Origin: Prorocentrum cordatum
Lineage: Eukaryota
NCBI GenBank assembly: GCA_963575745.1
Contig: CAUYUJ010000011.1
Coordinates: 1 to 64,000 of the forward strand
Length of the DNA stretch: 64,000 nt
Direction: 5' to 3'
Made by a program: the position numbers and the translations under genes. Below the pieces are notes generated by a model. That model did not search any database and was not told the DNA's origin. It saw only the letters and a program-made list of their open reading frames with translations. Below, in pieces: positions 1-11,433 of the stretch. Position 1 is the stretch's first letter; each line of letters opens with the position of its first letter.

Positions 1-295
1 CGGGAAGGTGCTGGCGGAGCTCAGTGGCTTGCCTGGCGCTGCCGCCGCTGCGGGGGCGCCCCCCCGTGCGCCTGTGGCTGCGGCGGTCCCCGTGCCTTCG
101 GCGGTGCCTGCAGCTGCGCAGCAGGTGGGCGCTTCCAAGGAGGAGGGGCCTGGCGTGTCGCAGGCGGCGCAGCAGGTGTGGCAGGACATCGCGTGCGGGA
201 TGGAGGACCCCGCCAAGAGGGAGGCAGCCGAGCAGTTGCTGGGTGACGCCAAGAAGATGCGGACGGAGGTCAAGCAGATGGAGGAGGAGTCCTAG
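1..295 (+). CDS. Probable C-terminal part of LINE ORF1 (partial; runs off window start)
   Basis: Open frame ending in a charged helical segment (AKREAAEQLLGDAKKMRTEVKQMEEES*) 1 nt before the ORF2 ATG (TAG-C-ATG). No diagnostic motif seen. Confidence 0.45.
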   Translation, partial: GKVLAELSGLPGAAAAAGAPPRAPVAAAVPVPSAVPAAAQQVGASKEEGPGVSQAAQQVWQDIACGMEDPAKREAAEQLLGDAKKMRTEVKQMEEES

Positions 296-1460
296 CATGA
301 AGTGCGGGGTCTGGAGGATCTGCACGGTCAACGTCAATGCGTTCTGCAACCTGGGCAAGTGCATGGCGGTGAGCGAGGTGCAGGACTGCGACGCCATTCT
401 GGTCCAGGAGACGAGGCTCCTGGAGGGCAGGAACAGTGACGCGGAGGTGCAGCTTCGAGGTCAAGGATGGAGGGCGAGAGGCACGCCCGCGGTGCCGTCA
501 GCGGCAGGAGGCCTCAGCACAGGAGGCCTCCTCACCATGGTGAGGAGGAGCCACGGCATGGCGGAGGTGCAGGACCAGCAGGCAGCGGTGCTGGTGGCTG
601 GGCGAGTGCACCTGTGTTGGGTGTCGGGCGTGCTGCGCAGCGGCTTTCTGCTCGCCAACATCTACCTGGAGGCGGGGGTCGGCCTCAACGACAGCAACGT
701 GTCCAGCCTCAGGAGGCTGGCAAGGAGGTTGAGGCAGTACCGCAGGGACTTCGCAGTGGGCGGCGATTGGAACCTCACGGAGGAAGAGCTGCAGGCAGGC
801 GGGGTGCCCGACATGTTCGATGGCAAGGTGGTCAGGCCTGCATCGCCCACGTGCGCAGCATCAGGGAGGACCATCGACTTCTTCCTGGTATCCAAGGGGC
901 TGGCTGCGTTGGGGGTGCGGGTGGTGGAGGCCTCGCCAGTGTACCCGCACTCGGCGGTGATTCTCGAGATCCGCAGGCAGCAGGAGGAGGGGCGCTTCAG
1001 ACTGGTCCAGAAGCCGCGGACCTTTCCTGAGGTTCGACCACAAGGGTGCTGTGAGAGGGACCACGGCAGCAGCTGGAGGCAAGCCAGGCTGAGGGTGCAG
1101 GAGCAGCTCGCCTCGGTGCTGAGGTTCGAGGGCGAGGCCGCGGCGAGGAGCACCCCACGTGCTGAGGAGGAGGCCCCTCAGCCCAGCAGCAGTGGTGGCG
1201 CAGCAGGACAGAGTGCAGCAGGCCAGGAGCTTCCCAGGCCAGTGAAGGGCATGGGAGATGTGGGGATGGTTGCGGCGGAGAGATGGGGACCGCTAAGCAG
1301 CGTGCTCCCGATCGCACCTGCGCCGCCGGCCTGCGTGACGGAGGTGAACATGATGAGGTGCTGCGTCCAGCATGGCGAGGGGTGGCAGAGCATCCTCGGC
1401 AACTGCGGGCTAAGGCGAGAAGCTGGCGCGGAAGGGCACGGCGCAGCACCAGGCGTTGAT

Positions 1461-2030
1461 GACCAGCCAGCGCACCTCGGGGCCCTGGCGCCAGGAGCGC
1501 AGGGCGCCGACGCAGCGGACAGAGAAGGCAGCGACGCTGCGGGCAGCGCTGCGCAGGAGGCGCGGGCGGACAGACCTCCCCATGCTGGGACTGGCAGTGC
1601 ACCTCCGAGCCAGGCACTGTACGGAATCGCAGGTTGGCCCTTTCAGGTTGATGCGGCTGAAGGAGTGCACGTGAGGCCCCCCAGCCTCTGGGTCGAGAAG
1701 AGGCAGGCGACCTCTGCCGCCGAGGAGGAGGCCGCTCAGCTCAGCAGCAGCGGTGCAGCACCTCGCGGCGAGGTCCAGCCAGCGCACCTCGAGGCTCGGG
1801 CGCCAGGAGCGCATGGAGCCGACGCAGCGGAGACAGAGGGCAGCAGTGCCGCGGGCAGCGCTGCGCAGGAGGAGCAGGCGGACATTCCTCCCCATGCTGG
1901 GACTGGCAGTGCACATCCGAGCCAGGCACCGTACGGAATCGCGGGTAGTCCCCTTCAGGTTGAGGCGGCTGAAGGAGTGCACGTGAGGCCCCCCAGCCTC
2001 TGGGTCGAGAAGAGGCAGGCAGCCTCCGCG
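1461..2030 (+). repeat. In-frame ~310-bp tandem duplication in the ORF2 APE-RT linker
   Basis: QPAHL...PPHAGTGSA...AAEGVHVRPPSLWVEKRQA occurs twice (~1464 and ~1775). Confidence 0.9.
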
Positions 2031-5000
2031 GAGGGGCAGGCCCTGCACCTGCAGCAGGACGTGCGGGCCCAGGGCGCCGCGGGGGAGGGGGCTAAGGGAG
2101 CCCTCACAGCCGCCTTCGCCACCTTCCTAGAGTACGCAGAGGACGAGTGGGTCGACGTATACCAGCTGGAGGAGCAGAGGGCCAGGTACGTTGGTAGAGC
2201 GGACGGCTTCGCCACCAAGCTGGTCAAGCGCAGCGGGGTGCAGGACCCCAGGTCGCCGAGGCTCACGCCTGAGGCAGCGTGGATGGCCAGGGTGGCCCAC
2301 GCGCTGGGGGCCATGGCGCAGCTGAAAGCACCAAGGGCCAGGGTCGACGCGATCTGCTACTTGCCCCAGCTGGTGGCGGCGGCCCCGAAGAGAGTCAGGA
2401 AGCTGCAGCAGGACGAGGAGGCCCGCTCAGGGGAAGGAGGCGGCACTTCCTGCAGCATGGAGGCTGGGCGCTGGCTGAGGATGCTGCAGCATGGGGGCCT
2501 GGCGTGCTGGCACCCCCTGCTGCTCGAGAGGCTGGCCGACCGCGCGAAGCAGCACGCCAGTCACCTCGCCAAGCGCGATGTCGACGAGAGGGGCAGGCAG
2601 TTCGACGAGTGGGTTGGCAAGCAGCTCACAGGAGGAGCGGCAGGGCTCCACGCGGTCACGCGAGTGGCGGTGGGCTGGCAGGGCAGCGACTGCAGCATTG
2701 ATGCTGGGCCCGCCAGCCTGAGCAAGGAGCTGGACGACCTTGAGAAGGAGTGGAGCAAGATCTGGAGGGTGCAGTGCAGCCACGCCGAGTTGGAGTGGCC
2801 GACCGATCTAGGTGAGCGCCCCCCCCAGGCCCAGCTGCGAGGTGATGCGGGCAGTCCTGAGGTCCTTCAGGAAGGGCACGGCCACGGGCTTCGAGGCGAT
2901 CAAGCCGAGGCAGCTGCTGGAGCTCAGCGACGAGGGGATAGAGACCCTCATCGACATCGTGGTGGCGGTCGAGCAGGCCGCGGAGTGGCCGCAGATCCAG
3001 AGCAAGATCGTGTTCTTGGCCAAGAGGCTGGGCGGCGTGCGCCCTGTGGCCATCGCGCACGTCCTCGCGAGGGTGCAGACGAGGTTACGCAAGCCCCTGG
3101 CGGAGGAGTGGGAGCGCAGGAATGATCGACCGTTCTTCTGGGCGGCGCGCGGCAGAGGCTGCGAGAGGGCAGTCTGGCAGCAGGCCGTGGAGTGCGAGTG
3201 GGCGACAGCGAAGGGGCGCGAAGCTGGCGATGCATCCAGCTGGGTCGCGGCTCTCATCCTCCTGGACCTGCTCAAGGCGTACGAGCAAGTGCAGCATGGG
3301 CGCCTCATCCAGGCCGCCCAGCGGACGGGCTTCCCGCTCTGGCAGCTCAAGCTGCAGGTGAGTTTGTACAGAGCGCCCAGGTGGCTGGCGCGGGACGAAG
3401 CCGTCAGCAACGCCATCTGCACCGAGCAGGCGGTGCTGCCTGGAGACGGGCTGGCGACGCTCATGCTCAAGATGCTGCTGCTGGAGCCGCTGGACAAGCT
3501 TCAGGAGCTGGTGCCCACGCTGGCGATGTCGGTGGTCGTGGATGACATCATCTTGAAGAGGGTGGGCGGCTTCCAGCGGACAGTCAATGACCTCACGCTG
3601 GCGGCCAGGCATCTCAAGGTACTGCTCGGTGAGGCCGACCTAGAGATCGCGGTGAAGAAATCCAGGGCGCTAGCGAATGTACCAGCAGCGAGGCAGGAGC
3701 TCGAGAAGCGCCTGATGAAGCCGCTGGGGGTGCGCGCCACGGGGCAGGAGAGGAACTTGGGGGTCGACTTCAGTGGGGGCAAGAGGATAGGACGGGCTGT
3801 TCGTCGCGACAGGATGGCGCAGGCGAGAGGCAGGCTGCGCAGGATCAAAGTGCTGCAGGTGGTCAAGGCCAAGCGGAAGGCCACCAAGAGGATCGTGAAG
3901 ACGGGGCTGCACCCATGCATCGGGTACGGTACGGCCATCACGGGCTGCACGGAAGGGGAGCTGGACCGCGCCAGGACCCTCACGTTCGTCGCGGTCTCCA
4001 ACACCACGGCGAGCAAGTCCAGGTCGCTCGGGCTCATGCTCCAGGCTGGCCTCGACCCGATCTACGACGCGACCTGCAAGCCGGTGCTGATGTTGCTGCG
4101 TGCGGTCTGGGAGCAGTGGGTGCCGCTGCACATGGTGTGGCAGGGCCTCGAGGACAAGCGGCCCGTGTCCTGGGTGCACGTGCAGGGCCCGTGCGCGGCG
4201 GCGGTGCTCTCCCTCAGGAGGATCGGCTGGGACGTCGTCGCCGCCAACCGCTGGGTCATGGACGACGGCGTGGCCATAGCGCCCTTCGACTGCGCGCCGC
4301 GGGTCGTGGCCAAGCTGATGAGGAGAGCAGTGCAGCGCTGGCAGTGGAGGCAGGTCAGCAAAGCCCCAGGTTGCGCGCACTTGGCTGGTGGCGGCGAGCT
4401 GGAGCCCCTGGTCAGGCTCACCTCCTCTGGATGTGCCAGGAAAGCCGTCGAGCCACGCCGTGAGGAGGGAGCACCTCGCACCAGGGTTCGGTTGACGGCG
4501 CGAGAGCAGGCCTACCCGAGGTCCCTCATCATCGACGGGCAGTGGACTCAGGCGCGCAAGGAGGAGAAGGGGCTGGCGACCAGTGCTGGGTGCTTGAGGT
4601 GTGGCGCCAGAGGCACGCTGATGCACAGGCACTTCGACTGCCCGTGCTGGAGTGAGGTGCAGACGGTCCCAGAGGACTTGGCAGGTCTCCGAAGGCAGAG
4701 CGGGAGGCCTGAGGTGCAGCTGCTGCTGGAGAGGTGCCTGTGGCCGACACCACGGGGCATCCGCCGCCCGCCAGTGTGCAGCGACGTGTGCTGGAAGGGC
4801 GACCACGAAGGAGGCACCCTTCCTGAAGGCGAGCTGTTTCTCGACGGCTCGGCTTTCGAGGCGGACTACGAGGAGGTGGCGGCAGTTGGCTGGAGTGTGG
4901 TGGCGCTGCAGGCGCACAGCGACGGCTACAGGGCCTCCATCGCTGGCCAGATGGAGGGCCACTGCGTGGACATCAACGGCGGGGAGCTCACGGCGGTGAT

Positions 5001-5832
5001 CATGGCGCTCAGGTTTGGCCAAGGTGTCACGGTGCTGGTGGTCGACTCCAAGTACGTGTACGACGGCTTCTACAAGGTCGGCAGGGTAGGCACCACGGGC
5101 TACGCGTACACGTGGGCGCACCTGTGGCGGCGAGCCTGGGACCTGCTGGACGAGCGAGGAGGTCTAGGGCATGAGGTTAGCCCCAGGTGGATGCCCAGCC
5201 ACAGTACGCGGCGGCAGGTGGCGGCAGGCGAGGTGCTGTACAGAGATTGGTACGGCAACCGACTGGCTGACAGGGCGGCAAAGGCGGCGGCGGCCAGCGG
5301 GCGCCTCCCCGCGCGGGACAGAGAACGCCTGGAGAGGAGCCGAGACGTGGTCGAACGAGCAGCCATGTGGTGCGCGGCTGTCGGCAGCTGGGTCGACGGC
5401 AGCGACACCACGCACGGCAAGACGAAGGTGCAGCGAGCCCTGCCAGTGCGCAGGGAGCCAGCGGCGAGGATGGCCTGCGTCTGGCGGAGGCTGCCTGGCC
5501 AGCGTCCCTGGTGCGAGGTCTGCAGATGGTCAGGCAGATCAGGTGAGTGCCCTGGCAGCATCGTCGCCGAGGCGATCAGGGCCAACAACAGGCTGAAGGC
5601 AAGCAGAGGGCGTCGCATGACCTGGTGCTCCTTGCGCCTGTGGATTGGAGGCTGCTGGTGCGCAGGATGCCGCTGGTCGCTTGCAGGGCGTGCGGCTTCA
5701 CAGGCGCGGCCAGAGCGAGCTCCTTCCACCTAGAGTGCAGGAGTGTCCCGTCAGCTGCAGGTGCCGCCGCAGTCGCGAGGCTGAGGAAGGGGCTGGCTCC
5801 GAAGATGGTCAGCGAGGTGGCAGTCAACATCA

Positions 5833-5892
5833 CGGTGCTGGCGGACGACGTGCAGGAGGGGAAAGAGAAAAAAAAAAAAGAACGCACAAAAG

Positions 5893-5989
<97 letters not shown>

Positions 5990-6058
5990 AATATAAAAAA
6001 AAAAGGGGGGTTGAAAAAAAAAAAGAAAGAAACAAAAAAAAAAAAAGAAAAAAAAAAA

Positions 6059-6117
<59 letters not shown>

Positions 6118-6121
6118 AAAA

Positions 6122-6173
<52 letters not shown>

Positions 6174-7630
6174 AAAAAGAATAGGCAAAAAAATGAAAGG
6201 CCTAAACGGAGTCGCCGCGGGACTTCGCGGAGGAGGAGGACGGCCACTCCTTGAGGCCGCCAGGAGGAGCTCCAGGTGGTGGGGCAGGGGAGGATGCGGG
6301 CTCACTGCGTTCCCCGACCCCTGAGGGCTCCAGAGCGGCGGCTGGCCTGGGAGGACGAGCTGGCGGCAGGTGTGCAGCCGCGGCGCACCAGGCCGAGGCA
6401 GGAGACGAAGCAGGGCCTGCGGGCGGCGGCGGAGGGCCACGCCCGCGGCGCCGCGCGCGTGTGCGCAGCAGATCGCTGAGGCAAGCCGCGCTGACGCCGC
6501 CCTCGAGGTCGCCGATGCGGGCGGCCAAGGTGGCCAAGCTGCAGCAGGAGGAGAGCCAGCGGACTGAGGCGGGCCCTGCAGAGGGAGGAGACGAGGTGGC
6601 CACAGGTGGCAGCGGCGGCGGACCGCCCCCGCCGATGATGGCGGACGACGCGCAGGAGGTGAGAGGCCAGTCGCCGCAGGCGCAGGACGTCGCGGGGGAG
6701 GAGGACGGCCACGCCTTGCGCAAGCCAGAAGGAGCTCCAGGTGGCAGGGAGGACGCGAGCCTCCTGCGGCCCCTGACCCCCGGGGGCTACCGCGGTGCGG
6801 CTGGCACGAGAGGGCGAGCTGGCGGAGGGCGTGCAGCCGCGGCGCGCCAGGAAGCCGCAAGAGGCGAGGCAGGGCCTGCGGGCGGCGGCGGCGGGCCAGG
6901 CCCGCGGCGCCGCGCGGGTGTGTGCAGCAGCTCGCCGAGGCAGGCCGCTCCGACGCCGCCCTCGCTGGCGCCGAAGACGGCGGCCGAGGTGGCCAGGCTG
7001 CAGGAGGGCAGCCAGCGGCCTGAGACGGGCCCTGCCGAGAGAGGAGACGAGGTGGCTGCAGGTGGCAGCGGCGGCGGACCGCCCCAGCCACGCGAGGCCA
7101 GCGGAGTCCAGGTGCTGGCGGACGACGTGGAGGACCACAGCGCAGCGGCTGGCCCGAGCGGGCGAGCTGGCGGCAGGCGTGCAGCCGCGGTGCGCCATGC
7201 CGCGGCACGAGGAGAGGCAGGGGCTGCGGGCGGCGGCGGAGGGCCAGGACTGCGGCGCCGTGCGCGAGTGCGCAGCAGCTCACCGAGGCTGGCCGAGCTG
7301 ACGCCGCCCTCGCAGTCGCCGAGGCGTGTGGCCAAGGTGGCCAAGCAGCAGGACGAGTGCAAGCGGCCTGTGGCGGACCCTGCACAGAGAGGAGACGAGG
7401 TGGCTGCAGGTGGCAGTGACGGCGGACCGTCCCCGCCGCGCGAGGCCACAGAGGTCAGGCCGCAGGAGGAGGTCCAGCCGCCCGCAGGGGAACCTGCTGC
7501 TCGATGCGAAGCAGGGGCTGCGGGCGGCGACTACGTGGCCATGGAGGGCGGGTTGCAGGAGGAGAGGCTGCCGCCCGCAGGTGACTCTGCTGCTCGATGC
7601 GAAGCAGGGGCTGCGGGCGGCGGAGGCGGC
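5833..7630 (+). repeat. Three degenerate ~350-480-bp coding tandem units plus two short units at the ORF2 3' end
   Basis: Recurring peptides (V/M)(L/M)ADD(V/A)(Q/E), GRAGGxxAAA, EAGxAGGGGG, GDEVAxGGS. Confidence 0.85.
5861..6193 (+). repeat. ~330-nt A-rich run inserted inside a repeat unit (possible long-read artefact)
   Basis: The flanks GCGGACGACGTGCAGGAGG | TGAAAGGCC..GTCGCCGC rejoin to match the uninterrupted sister unit at 6641 (GCGGACGACGCGCAGGAGGTGAGAGGCCAGTCGCCGC). Confidence 0.85.
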
Positions 7631-8460
7631 TGGCCGAGGCCGCGGCGCGGCGCGCGGGAGCGCAGCAGCTCGCCAAGCTTCGCAGCCAAGGTGGCGAGGC
7701 TGCTGCGGGCCGCGCGGGGTGAGGCCTGGCCGACAGCCTCGGGCGCGTAGCTGCGCCGAGGCGCGGGCGCGCGTGGGGCGCGCGCCTCGCAGGGGTGGCC
7801 GTGGCTCGACGCGGTCCGCCTCACCCCGCGGGCATCCTCCTCCTCCTCCTCCTCCTCCTCCTCCTCCTCCTCCTCCTCCTCCTCCTCCTCCTCCTCCTCC
7901 TCCTCCTCACAGCAGGCCCCTGCTGCCATGGCGCGGGCTCCGGCCGCTGCCACCGCGCGAGGCCGTGCCGACCCCGAGCGACATCTCCGCTGGGCCGGGG
8001 CCCTCGGGAGGCTGCCGGGTGCCTTCCGCCTTCTCGGGGGGGGGGTCCGCGCGCGCGGCCGCCGGCGCTCGGGGGCGGCCAAGAGAGGGGGCGCCCAGGA
8101 GGGTGGGGCGCAATCCATGGCCGGCGGCTCGTGCGCGGCCCGGGGGGGGGCCAGGGACGCCATGAGACAAGAAGGGGCGCCATGAGAGCCGGGGCAACAC
8201 ATCATGGTCCGCGCCATGAGAGCCACCTAGTAAGCACCCCCCTTCTCTGCCGCCCCCGAGACGCGAGGCAGCGGCACGCGAGGGCGACCCCGGGCAGCTG
8301 TTGCTCAGCGTGTCGCGGCGGCGGCCCCGGCGGCACGCCGTGCCTTGCGGGATGGCGCGTCGCGTCGCTCCACGGGGCGGAAGGCCGGGAGAGGCTCGGG
8401 GCGTCGACGCTCGTGGACAAAGCGTGCCGCGCCGAAGCGCGGCGGGCCAGAGCCAGCACA

Positions 8461-8626
8461 GCTTCAAGTAGGGCGTGTCCCCCTACACGAGGAAATTTCA
8501 AAAACAGTCAAAAAATAGTCTGGGGACGATGTTTGAATATGTTTAAGCATGTTAGAAATATTTCTTTGACTATTTTTGAATTTTCCGTCCAAGATCCGCC
8601 TGTAGGAGGACACGCCCGACCTAAGC
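8461..8626. mobile_element. Degenerate copy of the palindromic MITE family also seen at 17221
   Basis: GGGCGTGTCCCCCTACA (8471) pairs with TGTAGGAGGACACGCCC (8601-8617) at 16/17. The inner AT-rich arms also pair, and the ATAGTCTGnGGACnATGTTTG core is shared. Confidence 0.75.
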
Positions 8627-9312
8627 GTAGCGACGCGCTGGTGCCCGACCGTGCATCCCACCCTTACTGCACACCTTCCAGACGAGGCAGCAGCAGAGGC
8701 AGCGACATGCCAGGCGGCAAGCTGCAGCAGCGAGGGGGGGGCGCGACGGCAGCGGCGACTGCACCGAGAAGGAGTTTCTCCTCCTCCTCCTCCTCCTCCA
8801 CCTCCTCCTCCTCCTCCGCCTCCGCCTCCGCCTCCTCCTCCGCTTCCTCCTCCTCCTCCTCCTCCTCCCCCTCCTCCTCCTCCTCCTCCTCCTCCTCCTC
8901 CTCCTCCTCCTCCTCCTCCTCCTCCTCCTCCTCCTCCTCCTCCTCCCCGCTGCTCCGACTCCTTGAAAGGCTGCGCGCCGTAGCCGAGCACGTAGGTATT
9001 CTCGGAGCTGAGCGAGGCGTCCAAGAGCGTCTTCTTCAGCGCCTCCCGCGCTCGCCGCATCCTGCGGGCGGGGCACGGAAAGGAGGGGGCGGACGATCAT
9101 AGCGGGTCAAGGATGAAAACATTGATTATAGCCAGAATGCAGTATCCCCAAACAGGGTTATTAGACCCACTGCGGTTTCCAAGGTCGATTGCGTGCCCGT
9201 CGAGTGCGGGCTGGCATGGCATGTTAGAACATGATTTGCGCATGAGATGTTTGCACGAAAACTTGTGTGACGCATACCTATCAGGAAGCTAGCGCTAGGA
9301 GGGTGGGTCGAC

Positions 9313-10514
9313 GAGTAAGCTGTCGGGTCGGCACTGTGAGAGGCTCCACCGCCATGCTGTGAACTCGGAGGCAACTGTAAGAGGAAGCGGGGGAGGGCGC
9401 GGAAGCGGGGGGCATGTCGTGATGGTTCCCCCGGGGATGATATCGAGAGGTACGCGGCGCACGTCTCAAAAGAAGAATCGTGACGTTGGATGTCTGGGGA
9501 GGGCGGAAGGCAATGCGCGCATGATCCGTCATGCGCCGTCAGCATCCGGCAAGCTGCAGCAGCGACGGGGGGGGGGGGGGGGGGGCGCGACGGCAGCGGC
9601 ACTGCACCGAGAAGGAGTTCCTCCTCCCCTCCTCCTCCTTCCATCCTCCTACCTCCTCCTCACTCCTCCCTCCTCTCCTCCCCCTCCTTTTCCCCCCCCC
9701 CCTCCTCCTCCTCCTCCTCCTCCTCCTCCTCCTCCTCCGCCTCCTCTTCCTCGTCTTCCTCGTCTTCCTCCTCTTCCTCCTCTTCCTCCTTTTCCTCCTC
9801 TTCCTCCTCTTCCTCCTCCTCTCCTTTTCCGCCTCTTAACCCCGTGTTCCCCCTCCTCCTCCTCCTCCTCCTCCCTCAGCCTTCTCCGCCCCTCCTCCTC
9901 TTCCTCCTCCTCCTCCTCCTCCTCCTCCTCCTCCCCTCCTCCTCCTGCCTCCTCCCTCCTCCCTCCTCCCTCCTCCTCCGCTTCCTCTTCCTCTCTTTCC
10001 CCTCTTCCTCCTCGTCCTCCTCTTCTTCCTCTTCTCCTCCCCTCGTCCCTCCTCCTCTCCGACCTCCTTCCTCCTCCCTCCCTCCCTCCGCCCTCCTCCC
10101 TCCTCCCTCCTCCCCTCCTCCTCTCCTCCTCTCCTCCCTCGTCCCTCCTCCTCCTCCTCCTCCTCTTCCTCCTCCTCCTCCTCCTCCTCCTCCTCCTCCG
10201 CCTCCTCCTCCTCCTCCCGAGTAAGCTGTCGGGTCGGCACTGTGAGAGGCTCCACCGCCATGCTGTGAACTCGGAGGCAACTGTAAGAGGAAGCGGGGGA
10301 GGGCGCGGAAGCGGGGGGCATGTCGTGATGGTTCCCCCAGGGATGATATCGAGAGGTACGCGGCGCACGTCTCAAAAGAAGAATCGTGACGTTGGATGTC
10401 TGGGGAGGGCGGAAGGCAATGCGCGCATGATCCGTCATGCGCCGTCAGCATCCGGCAAGCTGCAGCAGCGACGGGGGGGGGCGCGACGGCAGCGGCGACT
10501 GCACCGAGAAGGAG
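9313..10514 (+). repeat. ~300-bp near-identical direct repeats (9313-9617, 10219-10514; 3' fragment at 8715-8774), each running into (TCC)n; SINE-like
   Basis: GAGTAAGCTGTCGGGTCGGCAC...ACTGCACCGAGAAGGAG followed by TCC repeats. Confidence 0.85.
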
Positions 10515-10642
10515 CTCCTCCTCCTCCGCCTCTCCCGCCTCCTCCGCCTCCTCCTCACCTCCTTCTCCTCCTCCTCCTCCTCCCTCCTCCTCCTCCTCCT
10601 CCTCTTCCTCCTCTTCATCCGCTTCAACCTCTTCCTCCTTTC

Positions 10643-10681
<39 letters not shown>

Positions 10682-11398
10682 TTCCTCTCTTCCTCTCCTC
10701 CTCCTCCTCCTCCTCCTCCTCCTCCTCCTCCTGCACTCCTCCTGCCTCCTCCTCCCCCTCCCCCTCCCCCTCCCCCTCCTCCTCCTCCTCCTCCTCCTCC
10801 TCCTCCTCCTCCTCCTCCTCCTCCTCCTCCTCCTCCTCCGCCTGCCTCCTCCTCCTCCTCTCCTCCTCCTCCTCCCTCCTCCTCCTCCTCTTCCCCTCTT
10901 CCTCCTCTTCCTACTCTTCCCCCTTCCTCCTCTTCCTCCTCTTCCTCCTCTTCCGCTCTTCTTCCTCTTCCTCCCTCTTCCTCCTCTTCCTCCTCTTCCT
11001 CCTCTTCCTCCTCTTCCTCCTCGCCTCCCTCCTCCCTTCTCCTCCTCCGACCTCCTCCTCCTCCCTCTCCCCCTCCCGTCCTCCTCCTCCCTCCTCCCTC
11101 CTCCCTCCTCCCTCCATCCCTCCTCCCTCCTCCCTCCCTCCTCCTCCTCCTTCCTCTCCTCCTGCCTTCCTCTTCCTCTTCCTCCTCCTCCCCTCCTCCT
11201 CCTCCTCGCTCCTCCTCCTCCTCCGCTCCTCCTCCGCCTCCGCCTCTCCTCCTCCTCCTCCCTCCGCCGCTCCTCCCTCCTCCCTCCTCCCTCCTCCCTC
11301 CTCCCCGCCTCCCTCCTCCCGCCGCCCTCCATCGCCTCCTTCCCTCCTCCCTCCTCCCTCCTCCCTCTCCCTCCTCCCTCCTCCCCTCCTCCTCCTCC

Positions 11399-11433
<35 letters not shown>

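Larger units (their letters stand above)
297..7750 (+). pseudogene. LINE ORF2: APE endonuclease + reverse transcriptase + CCHC finger + RNase H + Cys-rich/repeat tail; two frameshifts and an A-rich insertion
   Basis: APE (297-~975): ICTVNVN, LVQETRL, ANIYL, GGDWN, TIDFFLVS, YPH. RT (~2830-3780): FLAKRLGGVRPVAI, LLDLLKAYEQV, VLPGDG, VVVDDII, RNLGVDF. CCHC: CLRCG-x5-HRHFDC. RNase H (~4830-5290): LFLDGS, GELTAV, VVDSKYV, WMPSH, GNRLADRAAK. Frameshifts at the C8 run 2819-2826 (one extra C) and near 5605-5612. Confidence 0.85.
1..7908 (+). mobile_element. Non-LTR retrotransposon (APE-type LINE with RNase H); 5' end lies outside the window, probable 3' tail (TCC)n
   Basis: ORF1 tail stops at TAG 293-295, ORF2 ATG at 297. 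APE, RT, CCHC and RNase H motifs occur in order. The frame ends at TAG 7748-7750, and (TCC)n follows ~85 nt later at 7835-7908. Confidence 0.88.

Noticed and set aside
5861..6193. Poly(A) tail of the LINE, or poly-Lys/poly-Phe ORFs
   Set aside because: The run interrupts a repeat unit that continues on the other side; it is probably an insertion or sequencing artefact.
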